Source of the DNA: Acinetobacter phage phiAB441
Length of the DNA: 64,000 nucleotides
Sequence record: PV420835.1
Direction: 5' to 3' (one strand)
Program-made: the position numbers and the translations under genes
Shown here: piece after piece, positions 8,892 to 17,474 of the stretch
How the letters are laid out: each line of letters begins with the position of its first letter
Numbering within the stretch: position 1 is the first letter of the stretch
The notes under the pieces: model-generated
What the model was told of the DNA's origin: nothing
The model's database searches: none
The model's input: only the letters and a program-made list of their open reading frames with translations

Positions 8892-9437
8892 TTATTGTGT
8901 ATTGTATTTTTCTTCTAATTGCTTCCATGCGTCCTGCAAAGTAGACACGGACTGTCTGAGCTTATCCCCATCCTCTGCCATGTCGAGATATCGTTCTGTG
9001 CAGCTTCCAAACGACTCTTGTAACCATTGTAAGTCTCGCCTTGATACACTGACGGAGCTTTCGGAATTACCACTTTGATCGGTACTACTCCCACTTCCGA
9101 CTTTATTGATTTGTTCGCGCAACCGCTTAACATCAGTATTGAGATTGTTCCTAGAAACAGTAATTTTATCGATTTCACTTTGATGTTTCTCCTGTAAAAT
9201 TGTATACTCTTTATTTAATTCATTAAGTTTCTTAATTGAATTATTTTGCTCTTCAATCAGTTTGGAAGTCATATCATTTTTAAGAGAAACATAAGCTACA
9301 TCTTTATCAACTAGCTTTTTCTCATATTTATTTTTAAGACTTTCATTCTGCATTAACAAACCAAGTAATCCAATAAATAAAATAACGATTAAGAATTCCT
9401 TCCAAAATCTAATAATATAAGAAATAGCTAGTGTCAT
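8892..9437 (-). CDS. i-spanin (Rz-like): N-terminal TM anchor plus periplasmic coiled coil
   Basis: N-terminal hydrophobic helix FLIVILFIGLLGLLM, then heptad-rich segment. A lipoprotein ORF is embedded in its C-terminal half in another frame. Confidence 0.55.
   Translation of the reverse strand: MTLAISYIIRFWKEFLIVILFIGLLGLLMQNESLKNKYEKKLVDKDVAYVSLKNDMTSKLIEEQNNSIKKLNELNKEYTILQEKHQSEIDKITVSRNNLNTDVKRLREQINKVGSGSSTDQSGNSESSVSVSRRDLQWLQESFGSCTERYLDMAEDGDKLRQSVSTLQDAWKQLEEKYNTQ
8915..9178 (-). CDS. o-spanin (Rz1-like) outer-membrane lipoprotein, embedded in the +1 frame within the i-spanin gene
   Basis: Signal peptide plus lipobox LSGC. Pro-rich mature part. Entirely inside 8892..9437. Confidence 0.5.
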   Translation of the reverse strand: MKSIKLLFLGTISILMLSGCANKSIKSEVGVVPIKVVIPKAPSVYQGETYNGYKSRLEAAQNDISTWQRMGISSDSPCLLCRTHGSN

Positions 9438-9438
9438 A

Positions 9439-10119
9439 TTACTTCTTCCGTTTCTTAAGTTCGTTTTGAATCATCTTCACATCTTCTTTGTATAAGGATA
9501 ATTCATTTTCAAGTTCTTCATCTGTGTATTGTGACATATCGAGAGGTTTATCCAATTCACTCATACGCGCTTCAATACGAGTATTTTCACGTTTTTGTAA
9601 ACGCTCACGAATCTCAAAATCCTCTAAGTATATCTCTTTTCCAGCGATAACACTTTGAATTTCTTCTTCTGTCAGGAAGTCCTTGTATGTCTCTTTGATA
9701 AATCTTTCGTTCACTTTCTTATTGTGTTCTGCACGAGTCACAATCTTATGTGCATCATCATAACCAGTGCCACAAATCATATTATGAATCATTAAACAAG
9801 AATCATCATGAACCTGATAACTATGAGCATCTTCCAAAAATAATGCACCACCAGCACTCGCAGCCATACCAAGAAGATTCATGTGAATGTTTGCTTGTGT
9901 TGATCTGATAGCGTTTCTTAAAGCAATTAAACTGTATAAACTTCCACCATCTGAGTTGATGTTGAACACAATGTGATCATCTGGACTAGATATACTTAAT
10001 ATATGAATGACCTCATCAAACGTGTATGCATCTCCAAAAACTTGACTGACATTTACTGTGTAATTTACACCATTACAAGGTGTAGCAAAAATTGCTGGGT
10101 ATTTATTTTCTTCTTGCAT
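9439..10119 (-). CDS. ClpP-like serine protease with C-terminal coiled-coil extension
   Basis: Motifs NSDGGS, GMAASAG (Ser) and LMIHN (His) match ClpP/S14 catalytic positions. Its stop abuts the i-spanin start. Confidence 0.6.
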   Translation of the reverse strand: MQEENKYPAIFATPCNGVNYTVNVSQVFGDAYTFDEVIHILSISSPDDHIVFNINSDGGSLYSLIALRNAIRSTQANIHMNLLGMAASAGGALFLEDAHSYQVHDDSCLMIHNMICGTGYDDAHKIVTRAEHNKKVNERFIKETYKDFLTEEEIQSVIAGKEIYLEDFEIRERLQKRENTRIEARMSELDKPLDMSQYTDEELENELSLYKEDVKMIQNELKKRKK

Positions 10120-10127
10120 ATCATCTC

Positions 10128-10313
10128 CTATAATTTTCGTGGTGGCAGTTTGATTTCTAAACCAATATCAGGACGCATGTGACGAATCTTGAAGCCCATC
10201 TTCTGAACCTTTCGTAAAGCAGCATCTTCTGTTTCTGCTGAAACACGAAGCTCACCTTCGATGTCATCAGTGTACACGGTAAAGATTGTTCGTTTGTTTG
10301 GTTTATATCCCAT
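10128..10313 (-). CDS. Hypothetical small protein
   Basis: ORF track. Confidence 0.45.
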   Translation of the reverse strand: MGYKPNKRTIFTVYTDDIEGELRVSAETEDAALRKVQKMGFKIRHMRPDIGLEIKLPPRKL

Positions 10314-10564
10314 TACTCCTCCAAATCTTCTTCTAAAATTACAAAATAACTTTCACCTTCAAGTCGATTAAAACTATCAAGAAAATCATTTAACTCATCA
10401 ACATATGCCCAATACGTTTCTGCACAATCACGATTATCTAAAATTTCTTTTTCAAGAGCATCAATTTTCTTAAAGACCTCTGAATACTCCTGATAAGGAA
10501 TCAGATATGTATGACCATTATCATCTTCATATGTTGCATAAATTTTATTTGGATTAATGTTCAT
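10313..10564 (-). CDS. Hypothetical acidic protein
   Basis: ORF track. Confidence 0.5.
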   Translation of the reverse strand: MNINPNKIYATYEDDNGHTYLIPYQEYSEVFKKIDALEKEILDNRDCAETYWAYVDELNDFLDSFNRLEGESYFVILEEDLEE

Positions 10565-11343
10565 TACATCAAACCTTCTTTAGTGAAAACTTTAATCCAT
10601 TCACGACACTCTTTACTACGAACAATATCACCAATTTCATCAAAGTTAATCAACCCCATAGTCTCTTGAAGTTTTGCATATTTAGAATACAAATCAATAG
10701 CAACCTTTAATCCACTATCGTGTTTTAATGCACTTTGACGAACATCACCTTCAATAACAAGAGTACACCCATTCTGACGTGTGAGCAAACTCATAATTTC
10801 TTCAACCGTACAATCTTCAGCTTCGGTAACAATTACAGCAGTTGTATCATCAAAGCTTCGACCCTTAACAGTTTCCATAGGAACGAACTCAATATCACCA
10901 TTCTCAATTGCTAATAAGGTTGCTGCACGACCAATGCGTTTAAATAAAACATCAATAACTGGAGCCAACCAAACAGAGGATTTCTGTTCGATCGTTCCAG
11001 CGAAATAACCTAAAGATTTACTATTTGACACAGCAGGACGAACAAGAACAAGTTTCTTAATTCTTCCAGTTCTGTACCAATCAGCAAATGTTGCAGTTGG
11101 AATATAGGTTTTAGATGTTCCAGCATAACCAGTTGCTAAAATACAGCGTTTATCTTCAAGAAGTTCCATATACTTACGTTGCTTTGGATTCATAGGCAAG
11201 ATTGGATTATTCTTTACAAACTCATCTCGCTCTTGCTTATGTTTTTCACTTAAATACTGTTGTTTCTCACCAATTTCTTGTCTGTAACTTCGATTAGAAA
11301 CACCACGACCATCTTGTAATTGTCTATTACGAGCTTTACCCAA
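10564..11343 (-). CDS. phoH: PhoH-like ATPase
   Basis: Walker A ATGYAGTSKTY and overall PhoH-family layout, by established knowledge of the family. Confidence 0.75.
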   Translation of the reverse strand: MGKARNRQLQDGRGVSNRSYRQEIGEKQQYLSEKHKQERDEFVKNNPILPMNPKQRKYMELLEDKRCILATGYAGTSKTYIPTATFADWYRTGRIKKLVLVRPAVSNSKSLGYFAGTIEQKSSVWLAPVIDVLFKRIGRAATLLAIENGDIEFVPMETVKGRSFDDTTAVIVTEAEDCTVEEIMSLLTRQNGCTLVIEGDVRQSALKHDSGLKVAIDLYSKYAKLQETMGLINFDEIGDIVRSKECREWIKVFTKEGLM

Positions 11344-11367
11344 ATCATCTCTCCTTAATGTTAGGAA

Positions 11368-11538
11368 TTATTTATTAATAATTTCACTTGGAATAATAAA
11401 ACTTGTTTTACCTTCCACACTACATAAAAACTTAATAAACAAACTCTGTTCTTTTTTAGAAAGTTTCTTTAAAGTCTCAATCTTCGATTCATTTGTACTT
11501 TTAAGATTATTTGCATTCACTAAATTAATTTCTGACAT
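11368..11538 (-). CDS. Small hypothetical protein (about 56 aa). Not in ORF track.
   Basis: Minus-strand ATG at 11538 preceded by ggag with 6-nt spacing. Open to a taa. Confidence 0.35.
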   Translation of the reverse strand: MSEINLVNANNLKSTNESKIETLKKLSKKEQSLFIKFLCSVEGKTSFIIPSEIINK

Positions 11539-11625
11539 AATTTTCTCCTAATCAATATAAAACATCCATGTTAATAATTCCTATTTAATTGAGATTAACC
11601 GTCCCAACCTTCCATAATAAACACC

Positions 11626-11925
11626 TTACTTCTTAGTAGTGGTTTTTGTTGTTTGTGTTTTAACAGAAGTTTTAACTGGTGTCTTAGCAGGATTAGCCGA
11701 CTCAGTGGTTTCAGCAGCTTCTTCTTTAGCAACATCCTTCACTACTTCAGACTTTTCTTCAGATTGTTTAGCTGAACGCTGGAAGTTAGCTGTAAATTGA
11801 ACACCACCAATAGTTGCACTACCATTTGCTACAAAAGACCAACCATTTTGAATCAACTCTTGAACTTCAAGTAAGAATTGTACATAATTAGTGTGACGAA
11901 TACGTTTTGTTTCTACATTTGACAT
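11626..11925 (-). CDS. Hypothetical protein with Lys/Thr-rich C-terminal tail (possible DNA-binding). Promoter-proximal (first) gene of the leftward operon.
   Basis: Start moved to ATG 11925 (MSNVETKR), which has an aaggaa RBS. ORF track's upstream extension has no RBS. Promoter lies just upstream. Confidence 0.5.
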   Translation of the reverse strand: MSNVETKRIRHTNYVQFLLEVQELIQNGWSFVANGSATIGGVQFTANFQRSAKQSEEKSEVVKDVAKEEAAETTESANPAKTPVKTSVKTQTTKTTTKK

Positions 11926-11956
11926 TTTTGTTTCCTTTATATATAAATGAATAATA

Positions 11957-11985
11957 TTTATAACATTGTTAAATTCACATGTCAA
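11957..11985 (-). promoter_or_regulatory. Leftward sigma70-like promoter TTGACA-17-TATAAA
   Basis: Read on the minus strand. About 30 nt upstream of ATG 11925. Confidence 0.5.
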
Positions 11986-12043
11986 GTAAAATAACAATAC
12001 TTAACAATGATAGTGAGTATATTGTTATTTTTTGTTAAAACTA

Positions 12044-12072
12044 TTGACATTCACTCTTGACAAGGTTATAGT
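12044..12072 (+). promoter_or_regulatory. Rightward sigma70-like promoter TTGACA-17-TATAGT, with tandem overlapping TTGACA
   Basis: Hexamers read directly. Divergent from the leftward promoter. Confidence 0.55.
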
Positions 12073-12321
12073 GCAAGGACAGGGTTGGGTTGGATATGTT
12101 ATTATGAGTGAAACGAAATAATAATACATTAATGTCAATCTTTAGATTGCTACAATATATTGAATGAGTGAAACGAATGAAATATATTGGGATATAAGAA
12201 TAATATTATAAATATAACACTATAGAATATAACACTTACAATATACTATATGTTTTCTATGCGTAGCATAATATATTATATAATAATATTGTAAAATAAT
12301 ACTTTGGAGAATTAAAAGAAT

Positions 12322-12987
12322 ATGTCAACATTAGAAGATTATCTATCTTTAAGAATACAAGACTGTTACTACGATAGCAATACATACTTCAACAGAGATA
12401 AGAATTTATATCATGTGTATTTGTTTTATTATGATAATGAATTAGTTTATGTTCATTACGGACATGATGGAACAGAAGAAATACATTATACACCAGAATC
12501 ACCATGTCCTAAGTTTAGAAAGATTTACAAAGAGAATAAGACACACCTGATATCACACCATCACCTTACCAAGTTTAGTGTTTTACATGATTGTTTATTT
12601 TATGTTGATTTCCTGATTAGTAAACTTAAACCTAAATACAATAAGAAGATTGAGTTGTTGGATGAGACTGTGTACAACAAACAGATCAGATTTACACATG
12701 CTCCAGATGAAATACCTCATACTAATAAATTAACTTTGTTGTATTTGTTTTGTTTACTTGGTTATCCACTTCAGTTAATATCTGATTACACTGGTGTTGA
12801 TCTTAAAGAATTAAGTAAGATTAAAAACAGAGAAGGAAAATATTCTTATCCTGTGTTTTGTTTTGAATATGTAAGCAAACAAGGATTTCCTGTTGTGGAT
12901 AAAGCATTACTTAATCATTATTGCAATGTTGTGTTTAAGACAGATATTGATTGTATTGAAGAGCTTTATGGTGTTGCTTATTTTTAG
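12322..12987 (+). CDS. Hypothetical protein (His/Tyr-rich)
   Basis: ORF track. ggag RBS. First rightward gene after the divergent promoters. Confidence 0.55.
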   Translation: MSTLEDYLSLRIQDCYYDSNTYFNRDKNLYHVYLFYYDNELVYVHYGHDGTEEIHYTPESPCPKFRKIYKENKTHLISHHHLTKFSVLHDCLFYVDFLISKLKPKYNKKIELLDETVYNKQIRFTHAPDEIPHTNKLTLLYLFCLLGYPLQLISDYTGVDLKELSKIKNREGKYSYPVFCFEYVSKQGFPVVDKALLNHYCNVVFKTDIDCIEELYGVAYF

Positions 12988-13046
12988 CACATATACCAAT
13001 TAAAAATCATAGTCAATAATAATTTTGTAAAGTTATGTAAAAAAGC

Positions 13047-13075
13047 TTGACTAATCTTTAAAAGGTTGTTATTCT
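13047..13075 (+). promoter_or_regulatory. Promoter-like TTGACT-17-TATTCT
   Basis: Read directly, inside the 430-bp non-coding region. Confidence 0.35.
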
Positions 13076-13151
13076 TATCAACATAAAGAAAACAATAAAT
13101 AATAATTTCTGAATGGACTCCTTAATTCAGAAAGGATTCACTTTCCTCCAA

Positions 13152-13217
13152 CATCACTCTCTTATTCTACAAACAATAATAATAAAGACTCTCCTGTAAG
13201 AGAGTGATGTATTTTCT
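13152..13217 (+). other. 12-bp perfect inverted repeat catcactctctt/aagagagtgatg with 34-nt loop, followed by tattttct
   Basis: Read directly. Terminator-like or protein-binding site. Confidence 0.45.
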
Positions 13218-13418
13218 AATATGCGGAAATCAGTATGATGTAGTGAAGTAAGTGCTATAGTAAACTTATGAATCGAGAGTTGGTTAGAATCCAATAATTC
13301 CGCTCCATATTTTAGATTTCACCCATGATCAGATTACGGTGGGAATGAAACGTGTAGTGGTGTCGCTACCATGTAAGCGAATGTGACACATCTTTATTAG
13401 CAACAAATAGGTAAAATA

Positions 13419-13781
13419 TTGAACGAAGCTATTCTATGTTTAGCAATTGCAATATTCAACGAAAGTCGTGGTGAACCAATTAAAGGTCAATATGCTGTAG
13501 CTGAAGTTATTCATAACCGAAGTAGGCATGATGATTTTCCTAAAGGGTATTGTGATGTCGTTAAACAACGAGGTCAGTTTTCTTGGTATAAAAGCTCAAA
13601 AGATTTAAAACCACCTAAGCACGATAAGGATGCTTGGAATGATAGCGTGAAAGTCGCTAACTCCTTTTACACCAATAAAACAAATTATACGAAAGGCGCA
13701 TTATACTTTAATTCTAGTAGATTAGGTGTTCGCTTTAATAAACAATTAAAATGTAAAATTGGAAAGCATGTTTTCTTTTGA
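13419..13781 (+). CDS. SleB-like cell-wall hydrolase (Hydrolase_2 family)
   Basis: N-terminal motif ESRGEPIKGQYAVAEVIHNRS...QRGQFSW matches the SleB/Hydrolase_2 signature, by established knowledge. Confidence 0.65.
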   Translation: MNEAILCLAIAIFNESRGEPIKGQYAVAEVIHNRSRHDDFPKGYCDVVKQRGQFSWYKSSKDLKPPKHDKDAWNDSVKVANSFYTNKTNYTKGALYFNSSRLGVRFNKQLKCKIGKHVFF

Positions 13782-13800
13782 TTACATGCTTTTTTATTTT
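13764..13800 (+). terminator. Intrinsic terminator aagcatg-(14-nt loop)-catgctt plus TTTTATTTT, overlapping the SleB-like gene stop
   Basis: Read directly. Confidence 0.5.
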
Positions 13801-13810
13801 CGAGGTATTT

Positions 13811-14164
13811 ATGGCAGCAAGAAATTTCGATAAGGTTTATGACGCTAAAGTAATTAAAGCTAAGATGAACGCTGATGTTGAGTTAGCAATTAAAATCTTA
13901 CGTGATGGATTAGTGTCAACTACCCTAAATGAAAAAGATAAAATTAAATTAGCTTCAGATTATCTTGGTTGGTTCATCCGTCTAGATAACAAGATTATTC
14001 AAGATGAATTCAATAAAGAAGCTTTAAAACAATCAAAATTAAAAACTCTCTCAATTCAAAACGATTTACATGAAAAAGAGAATGAAGAATTTTTAGAAGA
14101 AACAAAACCTTTAAATCAACATAAATTTAATCCGTATATGAGTGATGACGATAACTATAGTTAG
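13811..14164 (+). CDS. terS: Putative terminase small subunit
   Basis: Sits immediately upstream of terL. Start moved to ATG 13811 (gagg RBS) from ORF-track 13778. No recognisable motif, so the call is by position only. Confidence 0.4.
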   Translation: MAARNFDKVYDAKVIKAKMNADVELAIKILRDGLVSTTLNEKDKIKLASDYLGWFIRLDNKIIQDEFNKEALKQSKLKTLSIQNDLHEKENEEFLEETKPLNQHKFNPYMSDDDNYS

Positions 14165-14174
14165 GAGGTAGAAT

Positions 14175-15977
14175 TTGAGCGCACAATTCAGACCAACCTC
14201 AAAACGACAAGAGTTATTCCTTGCATCAAACAGTTTTCTAACTATATTTGGTGGTGCAGCATCAGGTGGTAAATCGTATACAGGATTAATGAGATTCTTA
14301 AACTACGTTCATGACCCTAACTTTGTTGGTTATGTGTTCCGACAAATTGGTGCGGACATTAAAAAAGAAGGTGGTCTTTTCTGGACTGCTGTTAAGATGT
14401 TTCAGCAATATGATCCTGATGTAACTTACACAACCCAACCGATGGTTATTAAGTTTCCTCATCCTGATCCAGCTAAAAGAAAAAGAAAAGTTAAAGGTGC
14501 AACAATATCATTTACTGGTCTTGATGATCAAGATGGCATGAATGCAATTCAAGGTATTAACATTTCTGCTGCAATGGTGGATGAAGCAACACAAATTGGT
14601 GAAGAAGAATTCTGGTGGTTAATCACTCGTCTTCGTACCGAAGCTAATATGACTCCCAACCTATGGTTAACCTGTAACCCTGATGATCAATCTTTTGTAT
14701 TAAGACAATTTGTACATTGGTGGTTATATCCACGTGGTACTATTGCTGATATTGTCTCAACCAATATCTACGAAAAAGACCTAAAACATATTCAAGTTAA
14801 TGATCGTGTCTTTATTGAATTATACGAAGACGGTGAGTTACTTAAGACTTATGAAACTGGTGGTCATATTACACTTTCTGACAACATCCAATTCTTTAGT
14901 GTTGCTGGAAGTTTATCTGTCCATCGTGGATATGTTGAGAATGGTGTTAGATTGTTTACATCAATTCCAAGATTAACAGAAAATCAAGTAGCTTTTTTAG
15001 TATTAAAAAGAAAAGGGAATGAAGTCTTTAAATCTGAGATGGTTGTTGATGGTCAAGAAGATGTTGGTGGAAGACCAGACATTGAGAAGAATGGTAAACA
15101 ACTTTATTATTTAAACGTTGAGAATAAAGTTCACCTTGCAACATCACTTGATGAGTTGTACAAAGAACTTCCAGAATACAAAGGGCACCCAACAATTGTT
15201 CCAGATACAGTAAGTTTCATCGGAGCAACGTGTAAAGACAACCCAACATATCTTCTTAAAAACCCTGCTTATGAATCTAAACTTCAAAACCAACCGAGAT
15301 TAAAAAGAGAACAACTCTATTATGGTAACTGGTATGCGAAGGAAGAAGGTGCTGGTTACTTCCGAAGAGAGTGGTTATTTGAACCACTAAAACAACCTTT
15401 TCCAGAAGATCAAATTCAATCTCGTGTTCGTTGTTTTGACTTAGCATCTACCGAACCAACAGAAGCAAATCCAAATCCCGACTGGACAGTTGGAGTTTTG
15501 ATTGCTAAAACAAAATCAGGTCTCTATGTAATTGAAGATATGGTTCGATTTAGAAAACGTGCTGGTGAAGTTGAACAATTAATAATTGATATTGTTGAAA
15601 AAGATGTTGACTTATATGGCAGTGATAAATACAAAGGATATCTTCCGATAGACCCTGGGTCTGCTGGAAAAACATCTAAGATTTATTATGCAAAGTTATT
15701 TGCTGAACGTAAAGTTCCAATTAGATTCATTAAAGTTGGTACAAAGAATTCTAAGATGAAACGATTTGAACCATTTTCTGCATCTTCAGAAAACGAATTG
15801 GTTCGTATTGTTAAAGGTGATTGGAATGATGAATTCTTTTATGAGCTAGAAGCATTCGGTGGGAACAATAAGAATGTCCACGATGATATCGTGGACTCGG
15901 TGAGTGACGGATTTAATGTTCTAGCAACTAAGAAAGAACTACCAAAAATTAATGCAAAATTATTAAAAATGTCGTAA
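14175..15977 (+). CDS. terL: Terminase large subunit
   Basis: Walker A GGAASGGKSY and Walker B MVDEAT. Size and position fit. TTG start after taggagg RBS. Confidence 0.9.
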   Translation: MSAQFRPTSKRQELFLASNSFLTIFGGAASGGKSYTGLMRFLNYVHDPNFVGYVFRQIGADIKKEGGLFWTAVKMFQQYDPDVTYTTQPMVIKFPHPDPAKRKRKVKGATISFTGLDDQDGMNAIQGINISAAMVDEATQIGEEEFWWLITRLRTEANMTPNLWLTCNPDDQSFVLRQFVHWWLYPRGTIADIVSTNIYEKDLKHIQVNDRVFIELYEDGELLKTYETGGHITLSDNIQFFSVAGSLSVHRGYVENGVRLFTSIPRLTENQVAFLVLKRKGNEVFKSEMVVDGQEDVGGRPDIEKNGKQLYYLNVENKVHLATSLDELYKELPEYKGHPTIVPDTVSFIGATCKDNPTYLLKNPAYESKLQNQPRLKREQLYYGNWYAKEEGAGYFRREWLFEPLKQPFPEDQIQSRVRCFDLASTEPTEANPNPDWTVGVLIAKTKSGLYVIEDMVRFRKRAGEVEQLIIDIVEKDVDLYGSDKYKGYLPIDPGSAGKTSKIYYAKLFAERKVPIRFIKVGTKNSKMKRFEPFSASSENELVRIVKGDWNDEFFYELEAFGGNNKNVHDDIVDSVSDGFNVLATKKELPKINAKLLKMS

Positions 15978-15986
15978 GAGGGAGAC

Positions 15987-17465
15987 ATGGCAACAACAAG
16001 AAAGAAAAAAGAACCTGTCTTACCTAAAGAGATCGGAACAACAGATAGTGGTCGTTTTGATCCAATGCGATTAGATAGACGTGGCGGTTTACCAAGAGAA
16101 CTTGTATTTCCTCATAGTATTTACACTTATGATGAGATGGCAAAAAACCCTACAATTGCAGCAGCTTTAAATGCTATCTCATTAATTGCTTTACGTGTAC
16201 CACGTTATATTGAACCTTATGATGGCTCAGTTACTCACAAGAAGAGAGCAGAATTTCTTAATGAGTGTTTAGGTGTTACAACCCCTTCAAACGACATGAC
16301 TCATACATTTGATGATTTCATTCGTGAAACTCTATCAATGAATAAATATGGCTTCTGTATCACAGAGAAAGTGTTCCGTGTTAGACGTTTGAAGAATGGT
16401 AGTAAATATGATGATGGTAAAGTTGGTATTAAAAGATTACCAATTCGACCTCAATATTCTATTGAAGATTTTGTATACGATGAAGAAGGTCGTGATTTAC
16501 TAGCAATCAAACAAGCTGTCAATACAAAGAACTTTAAGAAATCTGCTTTATCTTCATTGATTGATGGAAATCTAAAAGTAATTCCTAGAGAAAGCTTCAT
16601 GCTATTTAACGCAGAAGCGACAAATGGTAGCGCTATTAGTATTTCACCTTTAGCTCATGTTTATGAAGTTTGGTCAGAATTAATTAAATATAAAGACCTT
16701 GAGAACATCGCATCATCTAAAAACTTAAACGGTTTACCTGTTCTGTGGATGCCTGCTGAAAACATGGTTGATGATCCAGAAGACCCAGCAAGTGAAGTGT
16801 TTAAAGTATTACGAGATGGTATTAGTAAGATTTCAGTTGGTCAACAAACATCATTAATGCTTCCAAGTGATCGTGAACAAGATTCTGGTGCTGGTGGCAA
16901 GCTTTATGACTTCCAGTTAATGTCTGCATCATCTTCAAACATTACAGCTATTCAGCAAACAATCAAACGGCTTACTGATGAGATTCTTCAATGTTTATCT
17001 GCCGACTGGTTGAAAGATGGTAATGAGATTGATACTGCCAAGACATCTTTAATGATCATGTTAGTTGAGGGAAGAATTAGAGAAATCTTCACTCGTTTAA
17101 ATACCGACCTTATTCCTCATTTGTGGAGATTGAATGGTTGGGATGATACAAAGCTTCCTCAGATTAAATATGGAACATTGAAAGAAGTCAGTATGGCAGA
17201 TTTTGCGAAAGCTATGCAACAACTTAAAGCTACTAAACTAGTTGCTGTCACTCCTAAGAACATTAACTACATTGCTGAGAAGACAGGTTTACCTGAACGT
17301 CTAGATGAGAATTTAACTCAAGATGAATTAAATAAGATTTTAGGCGTGGAAGATTCTGACGACAGTCGATCAGGGGATGGATTAGCAAAAGGAAATGCTG
17401 GAAATGGTACAGCAGATGAAGTTGCTAGTGATGATCGTAGTGCTGCAAACCTAGATAATAAATAA
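15987..17465 (+). CDS. Portal protein
   Basis: 492 aa directly downstream of terL and upstream of the prohead protease. Synteny only. Confidence 0.7.
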   Translation: MATTRKKKEPVLPKEIGTTDSGRFDPMRLDRRGGLPRELVFPHSIYTYDEMAKNPTIAAALNAISLIALRVPRYIEPYDGSVTHKKRAEFLNECLGVTTPSNDMTHTFDDFIRETLSMNKYGFCITEKVFRVRRLKNGSKYDDGKVGIKRLPIRPQYSIEDFVYDEEGRDLLAIKQAVNTKNFKKSALSSLIDGNLKVIPRESFMLFNAEATNGSAISISPLAHVYEVWSELIKYKDLENIASSKNLNGLPVLWMPAENMVDDPEDPASEVFKVLRDGISKISVGQQTSLMLPSDREQDSGAGGKLYDFQLMSASSSNITAIQQTIKRLTDEILQCLSADWLKDGNEIDTAKTSLMIMLVEGRIREIFTRLNTDLIPHLWRLNGWDDTKLPQIKYGTLKEVSMADFAKAMQQLKATKLVAVTPKNINYIAEKTGLPERLDENLTQDELNKILGVEDSDDSRSGDGLAKGNAGNGTADEVASDDRSAANLDNK

Positions 17466-17474
17466 GGAGACTTA

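Noticed and set aside
13224-13306. Canonical tRNA gene
   Set aside because: Acceptor-like pairing, a T-loop-like GGTTAGAATCC and a trailing tcca are present. No D-arm and no 7-nt anticodon loop could be folded, and the position-56 analogue is A not C. Kept as tRNA-like element only.
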